Virus record (IMG/VR): IMGVR_UViG_3300006903_000126 | Coordinates: 1-22,921 of that record | Source of the DNA: a virus | DNA length: 22,921 nt | Strand: one strand, 5' to 3' | Program-made: the position numbers and the translations under genes | Notes under the pieces: model-generated | Told to the model about the DNA's origin: nothing | Database searches by the model: none | Seen by the model: only the letters and a program-made list of their open reading frames with translations | Part shown: positions 7,958 through 15,543 of the stretch, piece by piece | Numbering within the stretch: position 1 is the stretch's first letter | How the letters are laid out: each line of letters begins with the position of its first letter

Positions 7958-8332
7958 TTAGCTCTCCCGACGCAGAGAAGCCCGCAGCAGGACCTTGTAG
8001 GTGCTCTCCTCGCTGGTGTCGATCACCGACCAGGCGTTGCCCTCGATGACCACCTTGTCGCCGCGAGAGATGTCTGTGCCGACAGGCACGAAGAGGCGTC
8101 CATCATCGATCTGTTGCAGTGCCCCCATCTCGTCGGTCAGGTTGAGGTTCGGGGCGTTGCGGAACCAGCCCATCACGACCGCGTCGGGCGTGCTCGAGAA
8201 CGACTCTTCGTCGTCGCCGTAGTCACCCGCCACCGAGACCTTGCGGAAGATCTGGATCTCGGTCTGCATGCCGGTCAGGGCATATTCCCGCAGGCTCTCG
8301 ATCTCGGACTGGGAGACCAGCGGCCCGCTCAC
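7958..8332 (-). CDS. Head closure / head-tail adaptor (SPP1 gp16-like), 124 aa, GTG start
   Basis: Size, position and beta-barrel-like pattern (IQIFRK...GDYG....AVVMGW.....DISRGDKVVIEGNAWSVI) fit the family. GTGA overlap with the upstream stop at 8329..8332. Confidence 0.45.
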   Translation of the reverse strand: MSGPLVSQSEIESLREYALTGMQTEIQIFRKVSVAGDYGDDEESFSSTPDAVVMGWFRNAPNLNLTDEMGALQQIDDGRLFVPVGTDISRGDKVVIEGNAWSVIDTSEESTYKVLLRASLRRES

Positions 8333-9570
8333 CGGGATCCACCCCGGATCGTCATAAAGTTCATGCCGCCCAGGAGGGCTTGCGCCGCAGCGGGCAGCTC
8401 AATCCCTCGCTCGGCCCCGCTACGCGAGCCCACACGCCTCACACGGACCTCTTCGATCTCCAGTGACTCCAGACCCGTCAGGCCCTTTGCAGCGAGGCTG
8501 CGCTCGCCCAGGAAGGCATTCGCGGCGATCCCCGTTGCTTCCTGCACCTCCCATGGCACCTTGTAGACGAACGATGCGGAGAGAAGCGAGGCGGTCGAGA
8601 TCGGATCATCGAGCTTCACGATCCCGCTGTCTGGGTCGATGGTGTAGCCGCCCGAGACGACCACGTCGTCGAGCTTGAGCACGATGTCCTGGTCGGTGTC
8701 CCACCAGCCCACCGAGGCGATGTACTCCGTCGCCTCGTCGCCAGAGGTCGTATCGGTCGCCATGAGCGGCTCGTCCGTCACCGGGAACTGGTGGCCGTAG
8801 GAGTAGTCGATCCGCGCGACCGGGTTGAACAGCCCGAGCTGTGGGACGTTGCCCGCGCCCCAGATGCCGATCTGGCTCAGCGCGAAGTTGATGATCTCGA
8901 TGTAGCCGCCGTGCTTGTTGACGAAGACGTCTTCTGGCTGGAAATCGATGAACGTCGACTCCGTCGCCAGGACCCGCATCGCGGACATCGCCTTCAGCGG
9001 CGTGTGGAACGGGTAGACCCGTGCCGCCTGGTTATTCCGGCCCCACTCGTGCTCTTCGCCGATGATTTCCCCACCCTTGAACGAGTAGCGCTGTGGCGTC
9101 AGAGGCACATTGCAGAACGCGTCGACCGCAGCAGACGAGCGGAGCAGGTTCGCCCTGATCTCGTGGTCCGGAACCCCGTTGAGCCCGATGCCGAAGCCAG
9201 CCTTCTTGAAGCGCTGCGGGGTCATGTAGCCGGGGCTCCGACCCCCGACGATGACCGCTGGCCCCGTGACGGTCCCCGCCACGACAACATCGACGTACTC
9301 TGAGCCACTGACGTCGCCGCCAGCAATCTGCCCCGACCACTCCGCCGACCAGGTTCCGAGCTCCTCGTTCGAGAGCGTCTGCCAGAGGTAGCTGTAGGCG
9401 CCTATGCCGGGCTCGTCGACGATCGGTGGGATGACGAACGGCCCATACACGATGTCGCCGTCCGGGTTGCGGAGCGACATCGTGACGTTGTCCCCGTCGG
9501 CCGGGAGACCAGCTCCATTTCGATAGAGCGCCCTGAGTGTGATCTCTCCACCGCGCGCGACGGTTGCCAT
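8329..9570 (-). CDS. Hypothetical structural protein (413 aa). The central part resembles a gp6/gp15-type head-tail connector, flanked by extra N- and C-terminal domains.
   Basis: CGAGGG is 6 nt before ATG 9570. Residues ~115-230 (TPQRFKKAGFGIGLNGVPDHEIRANLLRSSAAVDAFCNVPL...VYPFHTPLKAMSAMRV...) follow the connector pattern (L..a.....D..i..li.aA...ie.....l). The N-terminal ~110 aa look like a beta-sandwich. Confidence 0.4.
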   Translation of the reverse strand: MATVARGGEITLRALYRNGAGLPADGDNVTMSLRNPDGDIVYGPFVIPPIVDEPGIGAYSYLWQTLSNEELGTWSAEWSGQIAGGDVSGSEYVDVVVAGTVTGPAVIVGGRSPGYMTPQRFKKAGFGIGLNGVPDHEIRANLLRSSAAVDAFCNVPLTPQRYSFKGGEIIGEEHEWGRNNQAARVYPFHTPLKAMSAMRVLATESTFIDFQPEDVFVNKHGGYIEIINFALSQIGIWGAGNVPQLGLFNPVARIDYSYGHQFPVTDEPLMATDTTSGDEATEYIASVGWWDTDQDIVLKLDDVVVSGGYTIDPDSGIVKLDDPISTASLLSASFVYKVPWEVQEATGIAANAFLGERSLAAKGLTGLESLEIEEVRVRRVGSRSGAERGIELPAAAQALLGGMNFMTIRGGSR

Positions 9571-9582
9571 CGGAAACCCTCG

Positions 9583-10065
9583 TTATTCGGGCAGCTTCTC
9601 CACGGCGGGCTGCTCGCCATTCTCGACTGGGGCTTCTGGCTCAACCGCCTTCAGCTCCGGGACCGACGGTGGCACCTGGATTGCCATCCGCATGATCTGT
9701 CCCCGATCCAGATCGCAGTTGAACTCCTCGTTGTCCGAGAGGCCATGCTGCTTGCAGATGTTGCGAATGAAAGCGGTCTTCTCGTTGCCAAGCATCGACA
9801 TGATCCGCGAGTAGTGCTGCTGGAGCGCCGCCAGCTCCTTCAGCTTCTCGCTGACGAAGACGATCTCGTCGTTGCGGGCCTTGATCTCGTTGACCTCGAG
9901 CACGGTCAGATCTGCCGCGTACTCCGGTTCAGGGAGTCGCTGGAGCACGGTACCCACCTGGCGCTCGACCATGCGTGGTTCCCTGGGAGCTCGCATCCGA
10001 CGTCGTTGGGATCGATTCGGGAGGTCGGTCATGGCATCCTCGTGCAGGTTGTTAGAGCTCGCCAC
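9583..10065 (-). CDS. Hypothetical protein (160 aa from GTG 10065, or 149 aa from ATG 10032)
   Basis: Coding-like frame with a helical central segment (NEIKARNDEIVFVSEKLKELAALQQHYSRIM). ATG 10032 has GAGGA 4 nt upstream, while GTG 10065 has no obvious SD. No family recognised. Confidence 0.55.
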   Translation of the reverse strand: MASSNNLHEDAMTDLPNRSQRRRMRAPREPRMVERQVGTVLQRLPEPEYAADLTVLEVNEIKARNDEIVFVSEKLKELAALQQHYSRIMSMLGNEKTAFIRNICKQHGLSDNEEFNCDLDRGQIMRMAIQVPPSVPELKAVEPEAPVENGEQPAVEKLPE

Positions 10066-10097
10066 AGTCTACGCAGTTTGGTGCAGAGCCAGAAGGC

Positions 10098-10985
10098 TCA
10101 TGGGTCCACCGTCACTGCCGCCATCCGCAGCTCGCAGGACGCATCCGAAGGCGGCGGATAGCCCCACGGGAAGCCGATCTTGTCATCGAACAGCACCGCC
10201 AGTGGCGTGGATGGCTCCGCCGCAGTCACCCTGAATACCTCGGTGCCGTCGATCAGGAAGGCGACAAAGCCGCTGCGCCGCTCGGTGCGGAACTCGTGGA
10301 AGGTAGTCCGGATGTCAGATGGGATCGGGAGGCCGTATTTGCTGCCCGCGCCCTGTCCAATGACGTGGGCCGCCAACTGCTGCCGCTCCAGCATTTCCGG
10401 CCAGTCAATCTCGGTCGAGGACCAGGTGGTCGTGTCGTACAGCCACCCCGCCTGCCAGCAGCCGGGATCTGGATTGAAGCTCAGCCAGGTGCGATAGGTG
10501 CCGTAGCCAAAAGTCGGGCCGTTTCCGCTCTGCGACGTGCCCAGCAGGACCGCGTCCCAGAGGCCGTCGCTGCGCTTTGCCGTGGTGAGATCTAGGTAGC
10601 CATCGTGGAAGCTGGCCCGCTGCGCGCCGTTGGCGAAGCGGTTGTAAGCCTCCATCAGGTCCGACGGGTGAGCGTCGGGGTAGGTCAGCACCTTGAAGGG
10701 CGCCAGGCTCCCATCGCTGAACACCTTGCGTAGCAGGGTTCCGTACTGAGGCGGTATCACCGGCAACCCGGTTGGACTCTGGCTCGCTGTCGGAGCAGGG
10801 GTCGGGGTTGGTGTCTGGGTCGGAGTGGGGATCGGGGTCGGGGTCGGCGTTGGGGCAACCGTCGGAGAAGCAGTCGCCGTTGGGTGCGGCCTCGGGGTCC
10901 GGATCGGGCGCTTCGCCTCTGTTGATCCGACCAGCACCATCGCGAATATCAGCGCAGCGGCGAACAGCCGAACACTACGCGGCAT
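10098..10985 (-). CDS. Secreted GH16-like (concanavalin-A-like glucanase fold) glycoside hydrolase with a Sec signal peptide and a Pro/Thr linker, 295 aa
   Basis: N-terminus MPRSVRLFAAALIFAMVLVGSTEA|KRP has the n-, h- and c-regions of a signal peptide (10914..10985). The PT-rich linker is 10770..10898. The catalytic-type motif E-I-D-W-P-E (10395..10412) fits the GH16 ExDxxE signature. Flanking GCWQAGWLYD and TFHEFRTERRSGFVAFLIDGTEVFR match the remembered WPAfWl and fH.Y..eW.p..i.fyvDG blocks. Confidence 0.6.
   Translation of the reverse strand: MPRSVRLFAAALIFAMVLVGSTEAKRPIRTPRPHPTATASPTVAPTPTPTPIPTPTQTPTPTPAPTASQSPTGLPVIPPQYGTLLRKVFSDGSLAPFKVLTYPDAHPSDLMEAYNRFANGAQRASFHDGYLDLTTAKRSDGLWDAVLLGTSQSGNGPTFGYGTYRTWLSFNPDPGCWQAGWLYDTTTWSSTEIDWPEMLERQQLAAHVIGQGAGSKYGLPIPSDIRTTFHEFRTERRSGFVAFLIDGTEVFRVTAAEPSTPLAVLFDDKIGFPWGYPPPSDASCELRMAAVTVDP
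10770..10898 (-). repeat. Pro/Thr-rich low-complexity linker (imperfect ACCCCG-type hexanucleotide repeats)
   Basis: Encodes TPRPHPTATASPTVAPTPTPTPIPTPTQTPTPTPAPTASQSPT. The plus strand shows reiterated ggggtcgg units. Confidence 0.8.
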
Positions 10986-10997
10986 GACGACACCCCC

Positions 10998-12206
10998 TTA
11001 TTCCCAGAGCGTTCTGCGCGAGAAACCTGCCAGCGGAATGATGCGGTTCGTCGTGAGTGCGGTCGGAATGATGTTCGACGGCAGCGGATAGGCCGACGCC
11101 TTCTCGAGCCCCAGCATGCGGCTGCCCCACAGGGCCGGTGAGCTGCGGAACACCGTCGCCGTCGTACCCGAGCAGACCAGCGCCAGCCACAGGCTCGGGT
11201 TACCGGGCCTCGAGGGAGGCAGCACGAACGAGGCGGTGCTGGCCTTGATCTCGACTGCGCAACTTCCCCACGCGGCTGACGTGAACGTGGCGTCGACGGT
11301 CGTATCGTTGCCGACATTCCACTCGGTCTCGAGCGCCTGCGCCGGAGTGGCGGCGGTCTGGTCCGCGGTCTCGGTGAAGCCAGTGCCGGGGGCCGTGGCT
11401 GTCGCCGCGGCGTGGCCGTGGGCACCGAACGTCGCGTTGTTGGCGGAGCCGAAGGCGGCCAGCGTTGCCAGCGCCGTACCGCTGCTCCCGGTACCGACAG
11501 CCTGCTGCACGATTCCGTCGTTGGTCGTCGTATCGACCCCTGAGAACTCCTCGAGCGCCCAGCAGGCGCCCGTCTGGGTGGTCGCGCCGAACGAGATGCT
11601 GATCGTGCCGGTGTAGTCGGCCGTCGGGACGCACGACCAGATGCTTACCCGGTTCAGGTTCGTGTTGTATTGCGTGGTGGAGCGGCTGGCCCACGTGCCA
11701 CCACCCGTGATCGAGCTGACCGCAGTCGCGCTCGATCCGTGCGAGTTCTCGACGCTCATCAGGTACAGGCGGCCCGCCTTGAGCGTCACGCTGGCGGTCG
11801 TGTAGCTCGTCGCGTCAGTCGAATCGTTGCCACTCGTGATGTTGGCGTGTGCCGTTTTCCACGTGCCGCTCGCCTGCACGACGTTGGCATTGGCCGACAC
11901 AATCCCACCAGTCGAGCGGATCAGGTCCATGCGTCCGGTGGTGTAATCGGTCATCTCATAGGCGCCAATGTCGAGCGAGTCAGTGCCGACCGTGGCTCCG
12001 TTGGTCCAGCCTGCCTTCGCCACCACGAACGCTTCGATCAGGTACATCGGGAAGAGCAGCGCGAGGTTCGCCGCAGGCCACGTTCCCGAGGCTGGGGCGG
12101 CAGCCCCTCCCGACGCCATCGTTCCCGCGAACTCGGGATGCCACGGTGTGATGATTGGCGGCGCGACCCGGTGCCTGGGCGGCGGTGTCCAGATCGGAAT
12201 GGTCAT
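10998..12206 (-). CDS. Hypothetical Thr/Ser/Ala-rich beta-type protein (402 aa). It is a paralog of 12203..12754 carrying a ~210-aa inserted domain.
   Basis: ATGA overlap with the upstream stop. It shares WPAANL (12063..12080), FP.Y, LDIGAYE and the C-terminal LALVCSGTTATV...LEKASAYPLPS...RT blocks with the 183-aa neighbour. Confidence 0.6.
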   Translation of the reverse strand: MTIPIWTPPPRHRVAPPIITPWHPEFAGTMASGGAAAPASGTWPAANLALLFPMYLIEAFVVAKAGWTNGATVGTDSLDIGAYEMTDYTTGRMDLIRSTGGIVSANANVVQASGTWKTAHANITSGNDSTDATSYTTASVTLKAGRLYLMSVENSHGSSATAVSSITGGGTWASRSTTQYNTNLNRVSIWSCVPTADYTGTISISFGATTQTGACWALEEFSGVDTTTNDGIVQQAVGTGSSGTALATLAAFGSANNATFGAHGHAAATATAPGTGFTETADQTAATPAQALETEWNVGNDTTVDATFTSAAWGSCAVEIKASTASFVLPPSRPGNPSLWLALVCSGTTATVFRSSPALWGSRMLGLEKASAYPLPSNIIPTALTTNRIIPLAGFSRRTLWE

Positions 12207-12754
12207 GGACCGAAGGTCCGGTAGCCCTGGACGCCCATCATTGGCAGGTACGCTCGCGTGTACTTGGCGAACGTGGCCGGGCTGGCCCCGGTCGACAGCG
12301 GCATCGTGATCCCGGCCTGCTCGAGCAGACCGAACGCCTGGAGGATGCCAGCCGCAGGCGCGACGCTTAGGACTGTTAGCGTCGTCACGGTGTCACACAC
12401 CATCGCCATGTAGTACGTGCCTCGCGCGAGCACGGTATCGGTGACGTCGAGAACCTGGAGATCCGTCGCCCCCGCTGCTGCGGTGGTTCCCTTGGACACC
12501 AGCCGGGTTCCGTCCTCAGCGTAGATCCCCAGATCGATGTTGCCCGAGGCGACGCCGATCGCTGCGAACAGCTTGGTCACGGTCACCGGCTCGGGCACGT
12601 AGAACGGCACGAAGATCACGAGGTTGGCGGCAGGCCACGCCGCTGCCGCCCATCCCGTCATGGAGGCGCGGTAGGCGGCGACCCCGAGAGATTGCTCGGT
12701 TGTCGGCGTGATGATGACTTCGCCGGGTCTGGCGAGCTCCGGGGCGAACAGCAT
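12203..12754 (-). CDS. Hypothetical beta-type protein (183 aa), the compact paralog of 10998..12206
   Basis: TAATG junction with the upstream gene (12752..12756). WPAANL lies at 12620..12637. No family recognised. Confidence 0.6.
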   Translation of the reverse strand: MLFAPELARPGEVIITPTTEQSLGVAAYRASMTGWAAAAWPAANLVIFVPFYVPEPVTVTKLFAAIGVASGNIDLGIYAEDGTRLVSKGTTAAAGATDLQVLDVTDTVLARGTYYMAMVCDTVTTLTVLSVAPAAGILQAFGLLEQAGITMPLSTGASPATFAKYTRAYLPMMGVQGYRTFGP

Positions 12755-14064
12755 TAGTAGATCTCGAGCAGATGGAGCTTCGCGTCGCCCGTCGCCGTGT
12801 AGGCAGCCGATGTGATGCCCGTGATTGCATTCGTCACCGGCAGGAAGATCGAGGCTCCCGGATCGAGCACGTAGTGCGTGGCATAGACCGCGGTGCCGCC
12901 GCTGATGTCGAGCGCCACCCCGACGGTCTGCTTATTCGTAATCAGCACGCCCTTCCGCTGCGATCTGGCAGAGATGACCGTCGTCGACGTGTTGCTGATC
13001 GCCACCTGGCTGGCGGCATTGGTCCCAGCTCCGACCTCGTAGCCGACCTGCGCGCCTGAGCGCAGATACCAGGACTGAACGGCATCGCCGTCGGCGCTGA
13101 CCGCGGACGGTGCAGCGGCGCTCGCGTAGCCACCGATCAGCAGCGGGTTGCTGCCGGTGCCGACCGCATCGTGATCCGCGAGCCCCTGCACGCCTGCGCG
13201 GACGTACCAGGGTGCCTGCGATCCAGAGACCTTGACGGTGGCGGTGCCGGAGGCGTAGACCGCGTTGACCCGGTAGCGGACCTGGCGGATACCCTGGCAC
13301 GGCACCATGTACATGTCGTTCACGGCCGGGACGAACGACCCGCTGATGAACGATGGCGGCAGGCCCATCTTGATGACTCCGGACGCCGTCACCCAGTTGG
13401 TGTCGTCCCCGGTCACCTCAAAGATCATGGAGCCCGGCGTCGTACCGATGGTCGTGACGTGGAAGATCATCGAGGCCGCGCCATCGGTGACCACCGTCAC
13501 GGCGTTGGCGGTGTTCGTAGCGGCCACTCCGGCCGGGTTCGTCTTGCGATCCCAGCCCGGCCCGATGCCTGCCGCTGGAATCCCGGTATCGACGTTCGGC
13601 GCTGCATCGAGCGCGGTGATCGACCGGGAGCGATCCCAGGTCGTGCCGTTGAACACCGAAGACCACGACTGGGTATTCAATCCCGCCGTGGCGGTGAACG
13701 CATCGGTCGGCGTGTTGGCGGTGGCCGCGCCGGTACCGTCGTAGCCGGATGCGATGAACACGCCGAGTCGACCCTTGGAGTCGAAGTGGGCGTCGACCCG
13801 ATCCCCTGCCGACACGCCGGTCGGATTGACGGCGGTGACCTTGCCACCGACCTTCATCGGGTTCCCGCTGTCGACGGAGTCATGCGGCGTGGCTCCGCCG
13901 ACAGCGAGTGCTCCGACCGCGCTGACGCCTGTCTCGAGGACACCGCCAGCCGCGACTCCGCCGCCCGAGGCCGGGAATACGATCCCGCTGACCTCGATCA
14001 GGTCAGTACCGCCTCCAGTGTCGTAGTCGAGCTGGCGCTGTTCCCCAAACTGGGCATCAGCCAT
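12754..14064 (-). CDS. Hypothetical fibre- or decoration-like protein (436 aa), paralog of 14071..15543
   Basis: Starts MAD... and shares the DTGG(G)T N-terminal motif with its neighbour. It carries two copies of the ~45-aa module repeated in that neighbour (13753..13887 and 13033..13176). Gly/Ala/Thr/Ser/Val-rich. Confidence 0.6.
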   Translation of the reverse strand: MADAQFGEQRQLDYDTGGGTDLIEVSGIVFPASGGGVAAGGVLETGVSAVGALAVGGATPHDSVDSGNPMKVGGKVTAVNPTGVSAGDRVDAHFDSKGRLGVFIASGYDGTGAATANTPTDAFTATAGLNTQSWSSVFNGTTWDRSRSITALDAAPNVDTGIPAAGIGPGWDRKTNPAGVAATNTANAVTVVTDGAASMIFHVTTIGTTPGSMIFEVTGDDTNWVTASGVIKMGLPPSFISGSFVPAVNDMYMVPCQGIRQVRYRVNAVYASGTATVKVSGSQAPWYVRAGVQGLADHDAVGTGSNPLLIGGYASAAAPSAVSADGDAVQSWYLRSGAQVGYEVGAGTNAASQVAISNTSTTVISARSQRKGVLITNKQTVGVALDISGGTAVYATHYVLDPGASIFLPVTNAITGITSAAYTATGDAKLHLLEIY

Positions 14065-14070
14065 TGGTCA

Positions 14071-15543
14071 TCAGACCTCGTCCCAGTACCCGGTGCTGTA
14101 GACGTCGGCCGCGACCGATGCGTCCTTGTTGGTGATCCTCACCCCGAAGCCCGTCGTCGCGTCGGAGCTGGCCCGGGTGATGAAGGTGTCATCTGGCGCA
14201 CGCCACTGGAGGAGCTGCCCGGCCAGGGCGAAGGCCACGACCCGAGCCGTGAATGAGCCGGTCAGGATCGTACCGATTTCGATCTTGATCGGGACGGTCG
14301 AAGTGACGTCCGCACCCCAGAGCTGACCCGTCTTGCCGGAGGTGACGTAGTGCGTCAGGGTGACGTTCGCCCCAGCGCCCAGGGCGGCTGAAGTCTGCGT
14401 GCTGAAGAACGCCGAGGTCGGCTTGAGCGTGTAGAACGCCGCACCGTCGGTCAAGCGGACCGGGAGCGGGTTCGTCGCACCTGGCGCCGAGCCGACGATC
14501 TGGTTGACGTTGATCGAGCTGTTCGCTGCCGGAGTGACCGCGACGGACCCCTGGTCCGAGGCAATGACCACCGGGAGGCTGTTCGCCGAGGTCTTCGACC
14601 CGATCGTGATGAGCGTTCCTGCCGAGGCCAGGTTCACCACGGGCGAACCATTCCGCAGCATCCACATGGCGACCGCGTCGTTGTTGGCCGACACGTCTGA
14701 AGGTGCCGCCGCATTGGCGAGGCCCATGCTCATCGTGCCGGTCGGCGTCGACGTCGCTGCGGCGTCTCCGACGTACTGCGTGCCGCTGCCGAACGACGTG
14801 ATCTGGTTGCCCGAGCCATCCACGATGGCGACGTTCAGCGCATCGTTCGCCGCCAGGTCACGGACTGTCGCCAGGGTCGTGCCATCCGAGATGCGGACAT
14901 GCTGGGCCGTGGCGATGGTCTGCCCGATGTTCGTGAGCAGCGTGCCGTTGGCGGCGATGTTCACGACCGGCGACCCGTTGCGAAGCATCCACATCGCAAC
15001 CGCGTCGTTGTTGGCAGAGACGTCGGTCGGTGCCGCCGCATTCGCCAGGCCGACGGCCATCAGGCCAGTCGGAGTGGCTGTCGCCGCCGCATCCCCAACG
15101 TACTGCGCGGCCAGCGCAAGCGCGCTCTGGTCCGAAGCGATGACCACGGGCAAGCTCGAAGCCATGGCCTTCTGGCCGATGGTGATGAGGGTGCCCGCCG
15201 AAGCAAGGTTCACGACAGGTGAACCGTTCCGCAGCATCCACATCGCGACCGCGTCGTTGTTGGCGCTGACATCGGACGGCGCTGCCGCGTTGGCAAGGCC
15301 CGAGATCATCAGCGTGTTCGGAGTCGCCGTCGCCGCAGCATCACCGACGTACTGGCCCAGCAGGTCAGCCGTCAGGGAGCCTGAGTTGTCCGTCACCGGC
15401 ACGGCGACGCCCGAGGCATCGACCGAGAGGCGACCCGCGGCCGAAACCGCGGCCTCGTTCGTCCCGCCCGTATCAATGAGCTTCCCCCGGACGAACTCGG
15501 TAGTAAGTGTCTTGACCGCGAGGCCAGTTGAGTTGTCAGCCAT
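14071..15543 (-). CDS. Hypothetical fibre- or decoration-like protein with three tandem 76-aa-type modules (490 aa)
   Basis: GAAGGAG is 7 nt before ATG 15543. The internal repeats begin QYVGDAAAT... No family recognised. Confidence 0.65.
   Translation of the reverse strand: MADNSTGLAVKTLTTEFVRGKLIDTGGTNEAAVSAAGRLSVDASGVAVPVTDNSGSLTADLLGQYVGDAAATATPNTLMISGLANAAAPSDVSANNDAVAMWMLRNGSPVVNLASAGTLITIGQKAMASSLPVVIASDQSALALAAQYVGDAAATATPTGLMAVGLANAAAPTDVSANNDAVAMWMLRNGSPVVNIAANGTLLTNIGQTIATAQHVRISDGTTLATVRDLAANDALNVAIVDGSGNQITSFGSGTQYVGDAAATSTPTGTMSMGLANAAAPSDVSANNDAVAMWMLRNGSPVVNLASAGTLITIGSKTSANSLPVVIASDQGSVAVTPAANSSINVNQIVGSAPGATNPLPVRLTDGAAFYTLKPTSAFFSTQTSAALGAGANVTLTHYVTSGKTGQLWGADVTSTVPIKIEIGTILTGSFTARVVAFALAGQLLQWRAPDDTFITRASSDATTGFGVRITNKDASVAADVYSTGYWDEV
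14551..15354 (-). repeat. Three tandem protein-level repeats: R1 15127..15354, R2 core 14932..15105 plus a divergent 51-aa spacer, R3 14551..14778
   Basis: R1 and R3 are 66/76 identical at the protein level. All three copies contain an identical NNDAVAMWMLRNGSPVVN. The nucleotide copies are diverged at synonymous sites (see findings). Confidence 0.9.

Noticed and set aside
9583-10065. Local GC dips as evidence of horizontally acquired cargo. Spot counts gave about 54 percent in 9701-9800, about 56 percent in 21201-21300 and about 55 percent in 19921-19980, versus about 67 percent in 13001-13100.
   Set aside because: A spot count inside the core tape measure gene (1001-1060) is also about 57 percent. 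The variation therefore does not separate accessory genes from core genes. Proper windowed statistics would be needed.
10770-10898. The reiterated ggggtcgg units and the various inverted repeats as a CRISPR array or mobile-element termini.
   Set aside because: The units are in-frame Pro/Thr codons within a coding region, with no spacer-repeat architecture. No transposase, integrase or flanking direct repeats are seen anywhere in the window.
10098-10985. The GH16-like protein as the phage endolysin.
   Set aside because: GH16 enzymes act on beta-glucans and galactans, not peptidoglycan. No holin or other lysis genes are adjacent, and the gene sits in the head block rather than a lysis cassette.
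14551-15354. Diversity-generating retroelement (TR/VR pair) as an explanation for the repeated modules.
   Set aside because: There is no reverse transcriptase in the window. The differences between copies are mostly synonymous third-position changes of all kinds, not adenine-specific substitutions concentrated in one copy. All copies lie inside one ORF.
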